Source: Roseiflexaceae bacterium
Lineage (GTDB): Bacteria; Chloroflexota; Chloroflexia; Chloroflexales; Roseiflexaceae
DNA: 64,000 nt
Direction of reading: 5' to 3'
NCBI GenBank assembly: GCA_040397035.1
Contig: JBBAWW010000001.1
Location: 16,960 to 80,959 of the forward strand
Below the pieces are notes generated by a model, which was not told where the DNA came from, did not search any database, and saw only the letters and a program-made list of their open reading frames with translations. The translations under genes were made by a program, and so were the position numbers. Below are positions 27,389 through 38,228 of the stretch, piece by piece; position 1 is the stretch's first letter; each line of letters opens with the position of its first letter.

Positions 27389-28474
27389 TTAGCGTTTTTG
27401 CACAACCACAATCGTAGCACGGCGACCTAACACCACCACATGATGCAAGGTATCGATGTACATGCCGCTGTTGCGCTCAAGGGCGCGGTTGATAGCACGC
27501 ATATCGCTGGTGAGCAAGGCAGCCCGGGCGCCCAGTTGCATCACACGGCGCAGTTCTTTCATCACGGTGGGGTACAAGCGACGATTTTCTTCGGGCGTAC
27601 TAATTTGCACGCCAAACGGGAGATTACACACCACGGCATTCACCGAGTTTTCGTCGAGCGGTAATTCACGGGCATCCCACGGTTTGACGTCGATCGGCTT
27701 GTAGCGGGGACCGATATTTGCCGAGGCTTGCTCGACAGCGTCTTCGCTGATATCGCCACCGAGCAATTGGGCATAGCGGCTATGTAATGCCCGCTCAATC
27801 AACGTGGTACCCGCGCCACACATGGGGTCGAGAAACACATCAGTCGGCTTGGGTTTGGTGAGGAGCACCAAGGCTGCCGCTGCAGTGGGGCGGAGCGATG
27901 CTTCGATGTGGTTGATTTTGTAGGTACGGTGGCGCATCGTTTCGTCGCTGACCCGCAACCCCAATATGGCCATGGTATCGATTTGGGTAATCCAAAACTC
28001 GAGGCCATCTTCTTTGGCGCGCCAGCGGTAATCATCACGCTGTTCGACGGCTTTTTCAATTAGTTCTTGTAAATCGACTCGGCGATAGGGCATTTCGCCT
28101 TGCTGACGGGCAATTACGCGGAAGCGCAATTTGCCTTCACCACCCCGTTTGGGGTAGATGGCGCGCACCATTTTAACCGCTTGGTTGATTACTGGTGAGA
28201 GCACAATTTTGTCACGCAACACTTTGAGTGTGCTATATTTGGGGGGTAAATCGGTATATTGGCCAATCAAAATAAAGACATCGTCGACCGTACGCAATTT
28301 GAGTAAATCATCGACATCGCCATCATAATCAATGATGGTCAGACCATTGCGTCCGGCATGCACCACGTGTTCCTTGATGGTGGCTCGTTCGGGGAGTAGT
28401 TTGAGTTCTTCGCGCACAATCACGTCAAAGCCGGGAAGCGTGTGCAATACATACTGGATGGGTTGGTTTTTCAT
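27389..28474 (-). CDS. THUMP-domain class I SAM-dependent RNA methyltransferase (UPF0020 type)
   Basis: Start at ATG 28474 (MKNQPIQ, GGAAGGAA SD). SAM motif I DPMCGAGT and catalytic-type NLPFG motif. Confidence 0.75.
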   Translation of the reverse strand: MKNQPIQYVLHTLPGFDVIVREELKLLPERATIKEHVVHAGRNGLTIIDYDGDVDDLLKLRTVDDVFILIGQYTDLPPKYSTLKVLRDKIVLSPVINQAVKMVRAIYPKRGGEGKLRFRVIARQQGEMPYRRVDLQELIEKAVEQRDDYRWRAKEDGLEFWITQIDTMAILGLRVSDETMRHRTYKINHIEASLRPTAAAALVLLTKPKPTDVFLDPMCGAGTTLIERALHSRYAQLLGGDISEDAVEQASANIGPRYKPIDVKPWDARELPLDENSVNAVVCNLPFGVQISTPEENRRLYPTVMKELRRVMQLGARAALLTSDMRAINRALERNSGMYIDTLHHVVVLGRRATIVVVQKR

Positions 28475-28531
28475 GGTTCCTTCCTGCCACCCGAGTGCAT
28501 CGCTGCCGGCCAGAGTGGTTGATCGAATCAA

Positions 28532-28564
28532 ACGGTGATTGGTGTATGACACACCAATCACCGT
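28532..28564. terminator. perfect 14-bp hairpin downstream of the aldo/keto reductase gene
   Basis: ACGGTGATTGGTGT-ATGAC-ACACCAATCACCGT. The minus strand continues only weakly U-rich (UUGAUU). Confidence 0.4.
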
Positions 28565-28577
28565 CTGCCAAGCAAAA

Positions 28578-29540
28578 TTAGGCGTTGGGAGCGAGAATCG
28601 TTTCGATACGTGCCATTACATCAGTGGTGAGCAATGGGACTACTTCGAGGGCTTTCATGTTTTCATGGACTTGGGCGGCCCGACTGGCTCCCGTAATCAC
28701 ACTACTCACGTTGGGGTTCTTGAGACACCAGGCCAGTGCCATTTGCGCCAGCGTACAGCCTAGCTCACTCGCAAGTGGGATGAGTTGTTCGACAATGGCC
28801 AAATTGCGCTGATCGGTTAGGCTCTTTTGGAGCCATTCGTAGCCTTTGAGGGCCCCGCGACTATCGCTAGGGATGCCTTGGCGATATTTGCCAGTCAGCA
28901 TACCGGATGCGAGTGGGCTGAAAATCGTGGTGCCATAACCAATGTCACGATACAACAAGGCGTATTCTTTTTCGAAACGCGTACGGTTCAACATGTTGTA
29001 TTGGGGTTGTTCCATGCTGGGGGGCGTCATGCCCAGTTCACGGGCGATGCCGTAAGCCGAGCGGATTTCGTCCGCAGACCACTCTGACGTGCCCCAATAG
29101 AACGCTTTGCCTTGGCGAATGACGATGTCCATGGCGCGGACGGTTTCTTCGATGGGGGTGTTGACATCGGGGCGGTGACAATATACCAAATCGACATAAT
29201 CCATCTGGAAGCGCTTGAGGGCATTGTTCACCCCTTCGATGACATGCTTGTGCGACAAGCCGGTATCGTTGGGACCCGAGCCACCCCAAAAAATTTTGGT
29301 GGAAACCACGAGGTCTTCACGGCGCCAGCCGGCCCGTTTGATGACATTGCCCATCACCACTTCGGCTTGACCGCCGGCATAGCCTTCGGCATTGTCAAAA
29401 AAATTCACGCCGTGTTCAACGGCAGCGGTCATACACTCGTAGGCGATTTCTTCACCGACTTGATTGCCATACGTCACCCATGCCCCCAACGAAAGGGCAC
29501 TGACTTTCATGCCAGCCCGTCCGAGTCGTCGATATTCCAT
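28578..29540 (-). CDS. aldo/keto reductase (Kv-beta/YajO-like)
   Basis: Start at ATG 29540 ([33 protein letters not shown]). AKR motifs [10 protein letters not shown] and LVYCHRPD. Confidence 0.85.
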   Translation of the reverse strand: MEYRRLGRAGMKVSALSLGAWVTYGNQVGEEIAYECMTAAVEHGVNFFDNAEGYAGGQAEVVMGNVIKRAGWRREDLVVSTKIFWGGSGPNDTGLSHKHVIEGVNNALKRFQMDYVDLVYCHRPDVNTPIEETVRAMDIVIRQGKAFYWGTSEWSADEIRSAYGIARELGMTPPSMEQPQYNMLNRTRFEKEYALLYRDIGYGTTIFSPLASGMLTGKYRQGIPSDSRGALKGYEWLQKSLTDQRNLAIVEQLIPLASELGCTLAQMALAWCLKNPNVSSVITGASRAAQVHENMKALEVVPLLTTDVMARIETILAPNA

Positions 29541-29602
29541 CTCACCCTCCCTGTTTTGGTAGCGAAAATACACACACGACTATTGTAACAAATTCACACT
29601 GC

Positions 29603-30829
29603 TTATGCCGTTGCTGGCTCTGTCTCGTTTTTGACTTCATGAATCGGGTTGACCACAAATAATAATGCGCCGAGTAAACGCAATACCCCGAGGCCAATCA
29701 CCACATATTGCGCCCCCATCCAATCAATGAGTGGTGCCACGGCCAAACTGCTGACAAGCAAGCCGGCATTCATCACCGTCACAAATACCCCCATGGCCAA
29801 GGCGCGCCGTTGTGGAGAGCAGACTTGGAGCAAGATGTTGAAATGGCTCACGTCAATGCCGGGATTAATCATGCCGATCAATAACGAAAAGACAAGAATC
29901 AACGTTAAATTGGGGACAAATCCGATGGCAAAAAAATACAAGCAACTCAGGATAGACGAAATCATCAAAATTTTGCGGAATCCATAGCGCTCCATCAAGC
30001 GTGGCCAAAACAAGTTCCCCAATATGGCGCCACCATTCATAATCGCAAACCAAATCCCCAGCCAAGCATCACTCGCCCCCAGCGTGCGCACAAAATAAAT
30101 AGGCTGGAAGGGAATCGCTGCCCAGGCGGCCAGATTGAAAATCAACGTGTTGATGGTAATTGCCCGGTAAGGCTGACTTTCGGTCAGTAACGACCAAATC
30201 CCCCGCCACGAGCGATCAATATTGACCGTGGTGTCAATCACCACATCTGGGATATGCATTTTGGTGACATACAAGGTACTGAGCAGACTGGTCACCATCG
30301 CAATCACAAACAAAATCTGATAATTACTGGGGAACGGTGCTACCTCGAGAAAACGCCCAAATCCGTAGGTGGCAATCATCATCGTCGCCCCAAGCGTGAC
30401 ATTGCGGGCAGAAAACAAACGGGCGCGGCGGTGAATCGGAATAATTTCGGCAAACATCGGCAGCCAGCCGGCATTAAATAATGCCACCGGCACATTGGCG
30501 ATGAGCAAAATAGCGACAATCGCTTCGGCGCGATAGGCCGGCAACCATGGCACAATAATTAACAATGCATTCAGCATACGAAATGCAATCAGACTACCAA
30601 ACATCCACGGTTTACGATTTGAGGTGCGCTCCATCAGTACGGCAAACGGAATGGTGGTAACCGCATTAACCACCGCCGCGGCAGAGGTAATTAAGCTGAC
30701 AATGAAATTCGACCCACCGAGACGGATGACAAACGCTGCCGCAAATGAATAGGCAGCAGCCGCAATGGCCGCCCATAAAAGCTCAATTACCAGCAACCGA
30801 ATGTTGCGGTCGACAGAAGGTGTATGCAT
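29603..30829 (-). CDS. MFS transporter
   Basis: Polytopic, ~12 TM segments. Start choice (ATG 30829) is uncertain. Divergent from a TetR gene. Confidence 0.7.
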   Translation of the reverse strand: MHTPSVDRNIRLLVIELLWAAIAAAAYSFAAAFVIRLGGSNFIVSLITSAAAVVNAVTTIPFAVLMERTSNRKPWMFGSLIAFRMLNALLIIVPWLPAYRAEAIVAILLIANVPVALFNAGWLPMFAEIIPIHRRARLFSARNVTLGATMMIATYGFGRFLEVAPFPSNYQILFVIAMVTSLLSTLYVTKMHIPDVVIDTTVNIDRSWRGIWSLLTESQPYRAITINTLIFNLAAWAAIPFQPIYFVRTLGASDAWLGIWFAIMNGGAILGNLFWPRLMERYGFRKILMISSILSCLYFFAIGFVPNLTLILVFSLLIGMINPGIDVSHFNILLQVCSPQRRALAMGVFVTVMNAGLLVSSLAVAPLIDWMGAQYVVIGLGVLRLLGALLFVVNPIHEVKNETEPATA

Positions 30830-30919
30830 GGCGCCCCGTCTGTAAAATGATTCTTTTGTAGCATACCATACCCTACTACATTGGTGTTGACACTGCCGTG
30901 TCACTCTTTTATACTATAA

Positions 30920-30935
30920 ATGACTGATTAGTCAT
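30920..30935. promoter_or_regulatory. candidate TetR operator palindrome
   Basis: ATGACT-GATT-AGTCAT inverted repeat, nested within outer CTCTTTT (30904..30910) / AAAAGAG (30941..30947) arms, in the 47-nt or longer MFS/TetR divergent region. Confidence 0.45.
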
Positions 30936-30951
30936 ATACAAAAGAGCAGTT

Positions 30952-31581
30952 ATGCCAAGCGATACCTGGTGGAATCTCGAACTCCCCAAACGTCAATTCA
31001 TCATTGATGCATGCCTCACGGAATTTGCCGTGCACAACATCGAAAGTGCGTCGCTTTCGACGATTGTCAAAGAAATCGGCATTGCCAAGGGTAGCATGTA
31101 CCAATATTTTACGGATAAAGAGAACCTCTATCTCTATATCCTCAAATATGCCCATGACCAATTAGTTACCCAACTGCGCAACCGCATGCCGATTGCCGTG
31201 TTCGCCCAAGGCGATATGTTTATGATTTTGCGGCATTATTTGTATGTCATGCTTGACTTGCAAAAGCTCTATCCACGAGAATATACATTTATTCAGCGGG
31301 CAATGCGTGATAGTGGTAGCCAACTCACTACGGCCAAAACGATTGGCACGCGGATGCAAACAGCATTTGTGGAAGATTTAATCCAAACTGCCATTGCCAA
31401 TCGTTCAATCCGTGATGATATCGCTAGTGAGGTACTCGAATTCCTCGTGCATATAATTATTTCAGCCACCAGCGAATATCTCTATGACCATCCCGCTACT
31501 GATTCCACCCAAGTGATTCATTTTTTTGATCAGTTAGTCATACTTCTTGATCAAGGGATGCGCTATCGGATTCGGAAATAA
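30952..31581 (+). CDS. TetR/AcrR-family transcriptional regulator
   Basis: N-terminal HTH: ASLSTIVKEIGIAKGSMYQYFTDKENLY. Confidence 0.85.
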   Translation: MPSDTWWNLELPKRQFIIDACLTEFAVHNIESASLSTIVKEIGIAKGSMYQYFTDKENLYLYILKYAHDQLVTQLRNRMPIAVFAQGDMFMILRHYLYVMLDLQKLYPREYTFIQRAMRDSGSQLTTAKTIGTRMQTAFVEDLIQTAIANRSIRDDIASEVLEFLVHIIISATSEYLYDHPATDSTQVIHFFDQLVILLDQGMRYRIRK

Positions 31582-31584
31582 CGT

Positions 31585-32223
31585 ATGCCGAATACTCCCA
31601 TGCATGATTTTTTGACAGTAGCCACCAGTCTGGTCATGACCCCCGCAATATATTCGATTTTGCGGACTGCGGAAGTCGGGCAATCTTCCGCAGTCATTGT
31701 CACGACGGTTATTTGTGTGGCCCACAACGTATCGGGGATGCTTTTTTCGCCAGATCTCGATTTAGATTCGCGCATCCACAAGCGCTGGGGGATTTTGTTG
31801 TTTATTTGGAAACCCTACAAGTGGTGTATACCCCATCGTCATTTTTGGAGCCATGGACTGATCATCCCCCCGCTCTTACGGCTTGGCTATTTTTTTGGCA
31901 TGCTGATTATGCTTATTTTTGCGACTGAAGTAATTGCACGTATATTCAGCTTCCCGTTGCCTGCCTATCATCAATCATTTGCCCGCAGTATCATCGATTG
32001 GTTTGTAGTGCATCCCATCATCAGCGTGAGCATGGCGCTCGGATTTATCACCGGTGGTGCAGTGCATTCGATTGCCGATTGGGTAGTGACCGGGGGCAAA
32101 TATGTGTGGCGGGTATTGTTCGTGCCACCCGACCAAGCGGCGCGAGTGGCACGAAAAAGTTATCCATGTTCAATGAAGTGGTTGTTTAATCCGTTTAGCC
32201 GCGTCCGTCCTGACCATTTTTGA
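31585..32223 (+). CDS. DUF2227-like putative metal-binding membrane protein
   Basis: The SPDLDLDSRIHKRWG...HRHFWSHG motif resembles COG2389/DUF2227 as I recall it. It starts 3 nt after the TetR stop. Confidence 0.5.
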   Translation: MPNTPMHDFLTVATSLVMTPAIYSILRTAEVGQSSAVIVTTVICVAHNVSGMLFSPDLDLDSRIHKRWGILLFIWKPYKWCIPHRHFWSHGLIIPPLLRLGYFFGMLIMLIFATEVIARIFSFPLPAYHQSFARSIIDWFVVHPIISVSMALGFITGGAVHSIADWVVTGGKYVWRVLFVPPDQAARVARKSYPCSMKWLFNPFSRVRPDHF

Positions 32224-33187
32224 CCGTGCATTCATAAATATGAATGACCGATCCAGGCTGGCTACTTTCATGGAATCCGAGCGCGTGATTCACTTTGCGA
32301 ATCGGGGCGTTGCTTGTTTCCATCCAAGTGCGCAATTCGCGAATCCCCAGTGACTGTGCTAATTCAATTGCAGCAATTTTGAGTATTTTGGCGACACCCA
32401 AACCCCGAAATGCCGGTAATACGCCGGTGGCGTGCTGCCACATTACCTGACTATCGTCGTCGTCTTCCATCAAAATCGATTCGCCAATCAATTGATCATC
32501 GACAAACGCCAACAAATAGTGAGCAGGGTTGACGTCTTCCCCAAGCAAACGGCGAAACTTGCTTAGTGTCACAATTAATTCGTCTGGCATCGGTACATCG
32601 AGTGAAATCGCCGCATGGAGTGTACACACTTGCTCCATGGCATCACTATCAGATTCCAACAATGTAGCCAGGGTCGTCAACCGAATGTGCGCCGGCATGT
32701 TTTGTGGAATGATTGGCGTCTGAAGTGGCAACGTCAACGCATAGAGTTGTTCTGTGCCGATATGCGCAAACCCATGCCGTGCCAAAAACGCATCACTCGT
32801 ACCTAGATGTGCCATGACCCGTAAGGCTTGGGCTCCCGCCGTAGCGGCCCATTGTTGGACTTTTTGGAGTAATTCTGCACCAATACCAAGGTGTTGTGCA
32901 TGGGGTAATACCCGAATATGCGCCCAAAAGGTATGCCGTGGCGTATTCCAGGTAGCCCGAAAACAAAATGCGACCGCGACCGGATCATCAATTGGACCAA
33001 CAATCCAACGACGAATCGGCACACCAGCATCACGCAAATCGTTATCAAAATGGAGCACTTCTTGGGGGGTATCATACTCATAGTCACACCGTTCATGGGG
33101 GGGGACGGTGGCCACCACGCGGGCATGGGCGTGGGCGGCTTGTTCACCGCGCACAATCTGCGCAGGTGGGGTGGAGGTCGTACTCAT
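32195..33187 (-). CDS. GNAT-family N-acetyltransferase with two acetyltransferase-like halves
   Basis: Two acetyl-CoA-binding-type segments (QHLGIGAELLQKVQQWA and RGLGVAKILKIAAIELA). Start is uncertain. Confidence 0.6.
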   Translation of the reverse strand: MSTTSTPPAQIVRGEQAAHAHARVVATVPPHERCDYEYDTPQEVLHFDNDLRDAGVPIRRWIVGPIDDPVAVAFCFRATWNTPRHTFWAHIRVLPHAQHLGIGAELLQKVQQWAATAGAQALRVMAHLGTSDAFLARHGFAHIGTEQLYALTLPLQTPIIPQNMPAHIRLTTLATLLESDSDAMEQVCTLHAAISLDVPMPDELIVTLSKFRRLLGEDVNPAHYLLAFVDDQLIGESILMEDDDDSQVMWQHATGVLPAFRGLGVAKILKIAAIELAQSLGIRELRTWMETSNAPIRKVNHALGFHESSQPGSVIHIYECTVKNGQDGRG

Positions 33188-33361
33188 ACAGTAATCTTTC
33201 ACTCGAGCGAGATTGTGCAGGCCGCTCCCGTCCGCCGACAACGGATAACATCACCGTCACGTGCGGGAACCAACACCGAATGTTGGGCTCATACACACAA
33301 TTCACTCACGAATCTTCTATAATCATAGCAGAGAATTTTTAATTTGACTAGTAGGGCACAT

Positions 33362-34921
33362 ATGGATGCGATTTCACTGGAAGTTTTCCGCCATCGTTGT
33401 GCCGCGATTGCCGAAGAAATGGGTGCCGCGCTCGAACGCAGCGCTTTTTCTTCAAATATCCAAGAACGCCGTGACTATTCATGCGCACTCTTTGACCATA
33501 CCGGCGCACTCGTCGCCCAAGCTGCCCATATTCCCGTCCACCTCGGTGCGATGCCCCGTAGTGTCGAAGCGGCGATTACGCATTGTAGTCCACTCAATGA
33601 CGGCGATGTCGTGCTCCTCAACGACCCCTTTGCGGGTGGCACCCACTTACCAGATTTCACGAGTGTGGCGCCGGTGTTTGTGGATGGCACCCTCGTGGCC
33701 TATAGTGCTACCCGTGCCCACCACGCCGACGTAGGGGGAATGACTCCCGGCTCAATGCCGCTCAGTCGCTCACTCTTTCAAGAAGGCATCATCATCCCCC
33801 CCATCAAACTCATCGCTGCCGGTCGGCGTAACGACGCCGTATTTGCCCTGATTGTGCGTAATTCGCGCACGAGCGATGAACGTAGCGGCGATCTGGCAGC
33901 CCAACTCGCCTGCCATCATATCGCGGCGGCACGCGTGGCCGAATTAGTCGCCAAAATGGGAATTGCTGCAGTCTCTCAAGGGTTTGACGCGTTAATCGCC
34001 TACGGCGAACAACGCATGCGTCAAATCATCCACGCTATCCCCGATGGCGTCTATGCCGCCACAGAATACCTCGATGATGATGGGGTTGATCTTCAACCCC
34101 TTGCCATCCACGTCACTGTGACGATTAGTGCAGACACCATGCACATCGATTTCACCGGCAGCGCCCCTCAATGCCGTGGGCCACTCAACGCCCCTCAAGC
34201 GGTAACAGAATCAGCAGTACTGTATGCATTACGCTTACTCGACGGTGACGATATGCCGGCTTCGGCTGGTGTCTATCGCCCTCTGACATGGAATATCCCC
34301 GTAGGCTCCATCCTCAATCCACTGCCACCCGCCGCCGTCGCCGGTGGCAACGTCGAAACATCACAACGGGTTGTCGATGCCATGCTCGCTGCCCTCGCCC
34401 ATACCATACCTACCCGCATCCCCGCTCAATCGGCTGGTACCATGAATAACTGGACCATGGGCGGGATGCGCCATGACAATACGCCCTTTGCCTACTACGA
34501 AACACTTGGTGGTGGTATGGGGGCACGTCCGGATGCAGCTGGGCTCGATGCCGTCCAAACCCATATGACCAACACCCGCAATACCCCCATCGAAGCATTT
34601 GAACGCCTCTATCCGGTGCGGGTCAGCCAACTGGCCATCCGACGTGATTCGGGCGGCATCGGATTGTTTAATGGCGGCGCAGGACTCTGCAAATCAATAG
34701 AATTTTTGGTACCCGTCACCGTGACGCTACTCACCGAACGTCGCCAACTTGCGCCGCACGGGGTACTCGGTGGCGGCGATGGCAGCTCTGGTCAAAATAT
34801 GCGCAGTGCGCAGGATGGGGTGATTACACTGTTACCTGGCAAAGGCACATTTGAGCTGCCTGCCCACACCACCTTGCACCTATTAACCCCCGGAGGAGGT
34901 GGCTATGGCGACCCTGCGTAA
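33362..34921 (+). CDS. hydantoinase B/oxoprolinase (HyuB) family protein
   Basis: N-terminus [21 protein letters not shown]...[15 protein letters not shown] is typical of HyuB. No HyuA partner is present in the window. Confidence 0.8.
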   Translation: MDAISLEVFRHRCAAIAEEMGAALERSAFSSNIQERRDYSCALFDHTGALVAQAAHIPVHLGAMPRSVEAAITHCSPLNDGDVVLLNDPFAGGTHLPDFTSVAPVFVDGTLVAYSATRAHHADVGGMTPGSMPLSRSLFQEGIIIPPIKLIAAGRRNDAVFALIVRNSRTSDERSGDLAAQLACHHIAAARVAELVAKMGIAAVSQGFDALIAYGEQRMRQIIHAIPDGVYAATEYLDDDGVDLQPLAIHVTVTISADTMHIDFTGSAPQCRGPLNAPQAVTESAVLYALRLLDGDDMPASAGVYRPLTWNIPVGSILNPLPPAAVAGGNVETSQRVVDAMLAALAHTIPTRIPAQSAGTMNNWTMGGMRHDNTPFAYYETLGGGMGARPDAAGLDAVQTHMTNTRNTPIEAFERLYPVRVSQLAIRRDSGGIGLFNGGAGLCKSIEFLVPVTVTLLTERRQLAPHGVLGGGDGSSGQNMRSAQDGVITLLPGKGTFELPAHTTLHLLTPGGGGYGDPA

Positions 34922-35723
34922 TTGGTGGTTGACTGCAGTGTGGAACCATCCGGAACGATGGGCGCGACTGACATTCTTGATGTATTGCGCCATGTATCCA
35001 AATAGTGTGATTGCCATACTTGCCAATCTTATCCCCGATGAAGCACGTGGCTTTGGTGGGGTGCTGTTGTTGCTGCAAGGGGTGAGTATTGCGTGTTATC
35101 TCTATACCCACCTCGACCGTACGGCGTGGCGCCCGATTAGCATCATCATGCTCGGTGCATTGTTTGTTGAATACGTTGGTGCCACCTATGATATCCCCTT
35201 TGGTGCCTATGACTATACCACCGTGCTTGGGCCGCAACTCTTTGCGACTGTACCTATCGTGATTTTGTTTGCCTGGCTGATGTCGCTGGTAGGCTCTTGG
35301 TCGCTGACGTATATGGCCTGGCCCACCGCCCCCCGTTGGCTGCGGGCAGCGGGGTGTGGTTTTTTAATCATGCTGTTTGATATTCAAATTGAACCTGTCG
35401 CAACATTGATTAACCAATATTGGATATGGATGCAACCAGGTGTCTATTATGGCGTCCCGCTGGTCAATTTTGCTGGCTGGTGGGCCGTCGGTACACTGCT
35501 TGCTGCCTGGTGTGACCGCGATTTGCTGCGGTTGATGCAGATTACCCGCGGCCAAATCCCATTTGCAATTGCCAATTTGGTCGGCTGTACCGGCATGTTT
35601 ATCGCCATGAATGGCCAACGGGGCTATCTGCTGGCAGTCGCAATGTCAGGTGTTTTTTTGCTGGTATTTGGGATTATTTTATGGCGCTGGCGTGTAGTCA
35701 CTCAACCGGTAAGATCGCAGTGA
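34905..35723 (+). CDS. DUF422/CruF-like carotenoid biosynthesis-type membrane protein
   Basis: Polytopic, with a GATYDIPFGAYDYT motif. ATG 34905 follows a GGAGGAGG SD and overlaps the hyuB end. Confidence 0.55.
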   Translation: MATLRNWWLTAVWNHPERWARLTFLMYCAMYPNSVIAILANLIPDEARGFGGVLLLLQGVSIACYLYTHLDRTAWRPISIIMLGALFVEYVGATYDIPFGAYDYTTVLGPQLFATVPIVILFAWLMSLVGSWSLTYMAWPTAPRWLRAAGCGFLIMLFDIQIEPVATLINQYWIWMQPGVYYGVPLVNFAGWWAVGTLLAAWCDRDLLRLMQITRGQIPFAIANLVGCTGMFIAMNGQRGYLLAVAMSGVFLLVFGIILWRWRVVTQPVRSQ

Positions 35724-36458
35724 TTCAGCCCCAATCAATGCAGTAAGCAGTGCCTCGCTATTGACACCGATGACTCCCTGAGGGGATCCATATTCACTGG
35801 CGGTACTTCCCGTCACACACACATGTCCGTGTGCGATTCCTTTTGTTACTAACGCAGTGATGGTGTCGGGTGTGCCGAATTCAGGGCTCAAATAGAGCGG
35901 GTAGCGATTGAATAATTTCTCGTCGGGGTTACTCGTCACGGGAATCTCAATCAGGGGACGACGAAGAATACCTACATCTGTTGGCCACTCGGATCCTAGC
36001 TGGCGTAATTGCGCCCCAGGCATACGGATTGATGCCCGCGTGAATCCAAGCGTTTGACATAATTCTAGTGTGTCTTGATTCCCCGAATAAAATCCCGTCC
36101 GAATACTTTTGGGCATATGATATAAAAATTGGCCAAATACATCACGGGCTTGCGTAATTGCCAGGTGTTGTTCGCGAATCGTGAGCGTGCCCAGCGGTTT
36201 TTTCTTTGGAAAAATGCTGGACTGGCTGGGTGAAACCAGTAACCCCAGTTCACAGCCCCGCTCCCGGAGTTCTTCGAGCATCGGAGCATGCGCCCGTGCT
36301 GATTCTGGCGACACAAAAATAGTTGGCCAAAACCCCGCCCCAAGCATCAGATTGGCATAGGCATCGAGTGAACGACTGCTAAACTCCCAATCAGGAGGCG
36401 CATCCTTACCCGTGCCAGCGGCTATCGCATTAAATGTACAAAAGAGAGGAATCGTCAT
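35679..36458 (-). CDS. hypothetical protein (possibly a polysaccharide-deacetylase-like fold)
   Basis: Coding-like 259-291 aa ORF with no diagnostic motif recognised. The start is ambiguous (36458, 36488 or 36554). Its 3' end overlaps the CruF-like gene by 45 nt. Confidence 0.4.
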   Translation of the reverse strand: MTIPLFCTFNAIAAGTGKDAPPDWEFSSRSLDAYANLMLGAGFWPTIFVSPESARAHAPMLEELRERGCELGLLVSPSQSSIFPKKKPLGTLTIREQHLAITQARDVFGQFLYHMPKSIRTGFYSGNQDTLELCQTLGFTRASIRMPGAQLRQLGSEWPTDVGILRRPLIEIPVTSNPDEKLFNRYPLYLSPEFGTPDTITALVTKGIAHGHVCVTGSTASEYGSPQGVIGVNSEALLTALIGAESLRSYRLSDYTPAP

Positions 36459-38228
36459 GCTCGCCTCGCATCCTATCAATACCGACATCTGTATTATTGG
36501 GGGTGGTCTGGGTGCAGTGGCTGCGGCGTTGACGGCCCTCGATCTCGGCGCCACAGTCGTATTGCTGGCTCCCCATCAATGGCTCGGTGACCAAATGAGT
36601 AGCCAAGGAGTGAGTGCCCTCGACGAGCATTGCTACAGCGAGACATTTGGAGGTTCGCCATACTACCTACGGCTACGTCAGCTAATTCGCCAGCGGATGG
36701 CTACGCTGTATGGTATCACAATCACTGACGAGGCGACATTTAACCCGGGCAATGCGTGGGTGAGCAACCTCTGCTTTTTTCCTTACGTTGCAGCTGACGC
36801 AATCAACGCACTCATTGCGCCGTATGTTGCGAGCCAGCAGCTGACTGTGTTGTACGATACCCTCCCCATCGCCGTCTCCAAAAAAGATGAAACGATTACG
36901 CGCATCAGCTGTCGTGGTAATGTGCAGGTGTGCGAAATCACCCCACTACAAGTTATTGATGCCAGTGAGCAGGGCGATTTGTTGGTGTTGGCCAATCTCG
37001 CCTATGTCACTGGCGCAGAAGCACACGCAGACACGGGTGAACATAATGCACCCTCGTAGCACGACCCCACGAAATCCAAGGCTTTACCTTTGGCTTTGCG
37101 GTGGAGTTTTGTGTGCACTAATCACACGTCATCGTCAAACCCGAGGGATATCAGACGTTGCGTGATTGCCAGCCATTCACGTTGACGCTCACCAGCCAAG
37201 ATGACGAAGCCCGCCCGTTTCGTATGTTTACCGACGGTCCCACTGGACTACCATCCTTTTGGACGTATCGCCGCCGCTGGGATGGCCAACAGACCACCCC
37301 AGCGACAGCTGACATTGCCCTGATCAATTGGAATAGCAATGATTACCACCACGGCACGATTATCGATGTCGATACGCAGACCGCTGTCCAACACATCGAT
37401 GAAGCCAAACGCTTGTCGCTGGCCTTTCTGTATTGGCTCCAGACCGAAGTTCCTCGCGACGATGGGACTGGATTTGGCTACCCTGAGCTCAAATTACGCC
37501 CCGACATCATGGGCACAAGTGACGGCTTGGCGATGGATCCGTATGTGCGTGAATCGCGGCGCACACAGGGCTTGTCACGGATTGTCGCAGCGGATTTGCT
37601 GGTGGTGAATCAACCATTGGCCCGAGCAAACGCGTACCGAGATAGTGTGGGGATCGGCTGGTACTTCATGGACTTGCATCCTGCGCCAGGGAATTCCCAG
37701 AGTATGTTTGCGCCAACACGCCCCTTTCAAATCCCGCTGGGTGCGCTCATCCCGCCAGATTGTCATAATCTATTGATGGGCTGCAAAAACATTGCCACCA
37801 CCCATTTATCCAATGGCTCATACCGGCTCCATCCTGTCGAATGGAATATCGGCGTGGCGGCGGGGATGATTGCCCAATTGGCCGTTTTGCAACAGGTTGC
37901 TCCGTGTGAAGTTCCGGTTTGGTCTGTGCAAAAAAAGTTGCTGGCGCAGGGGCATCCTGTCACATGGGCAATCGATGTACCGCCAGCACACCCTGCGTTT
38001 ACCGCAACCCAATGGCTCATCATCAATAGCGTACTTGGTCACGGAGCGCGCGCCCAGCGCCTCACAATTACCAGCGATGAAGCGCTAGGCGCAGATGCAT
38101 CCACAATCCTGCGGGAACTCATCCGCACCGCGGGGATTAGCGCTGACGATGCACAAATCGCACAGACCGACTCATGGGAGTCAGTCTGTGCGCGGATTAT
38201 CCAATTAGGGCTTTTGGATTGTGATTAG
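36457..38228 (+). pseudogene. FAD-dependent oxidoreductase (PF12831-like), disrupted by a frameshift and an in-frame TAA
   Basis: N-terminal dinucleotide fold ICIIGGGLGAVAAALTA. The frame ends at TAG 37057..37059. Homology-like sequence continues one frame over from ~37050 (ARPHEIQGFTFGFAVEFCVH), hits TAA at 37119..37121, then continues (SHVIVKPEGYQ...) into the 356-aa ORF 37158..38228. Confidence 0.65.
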
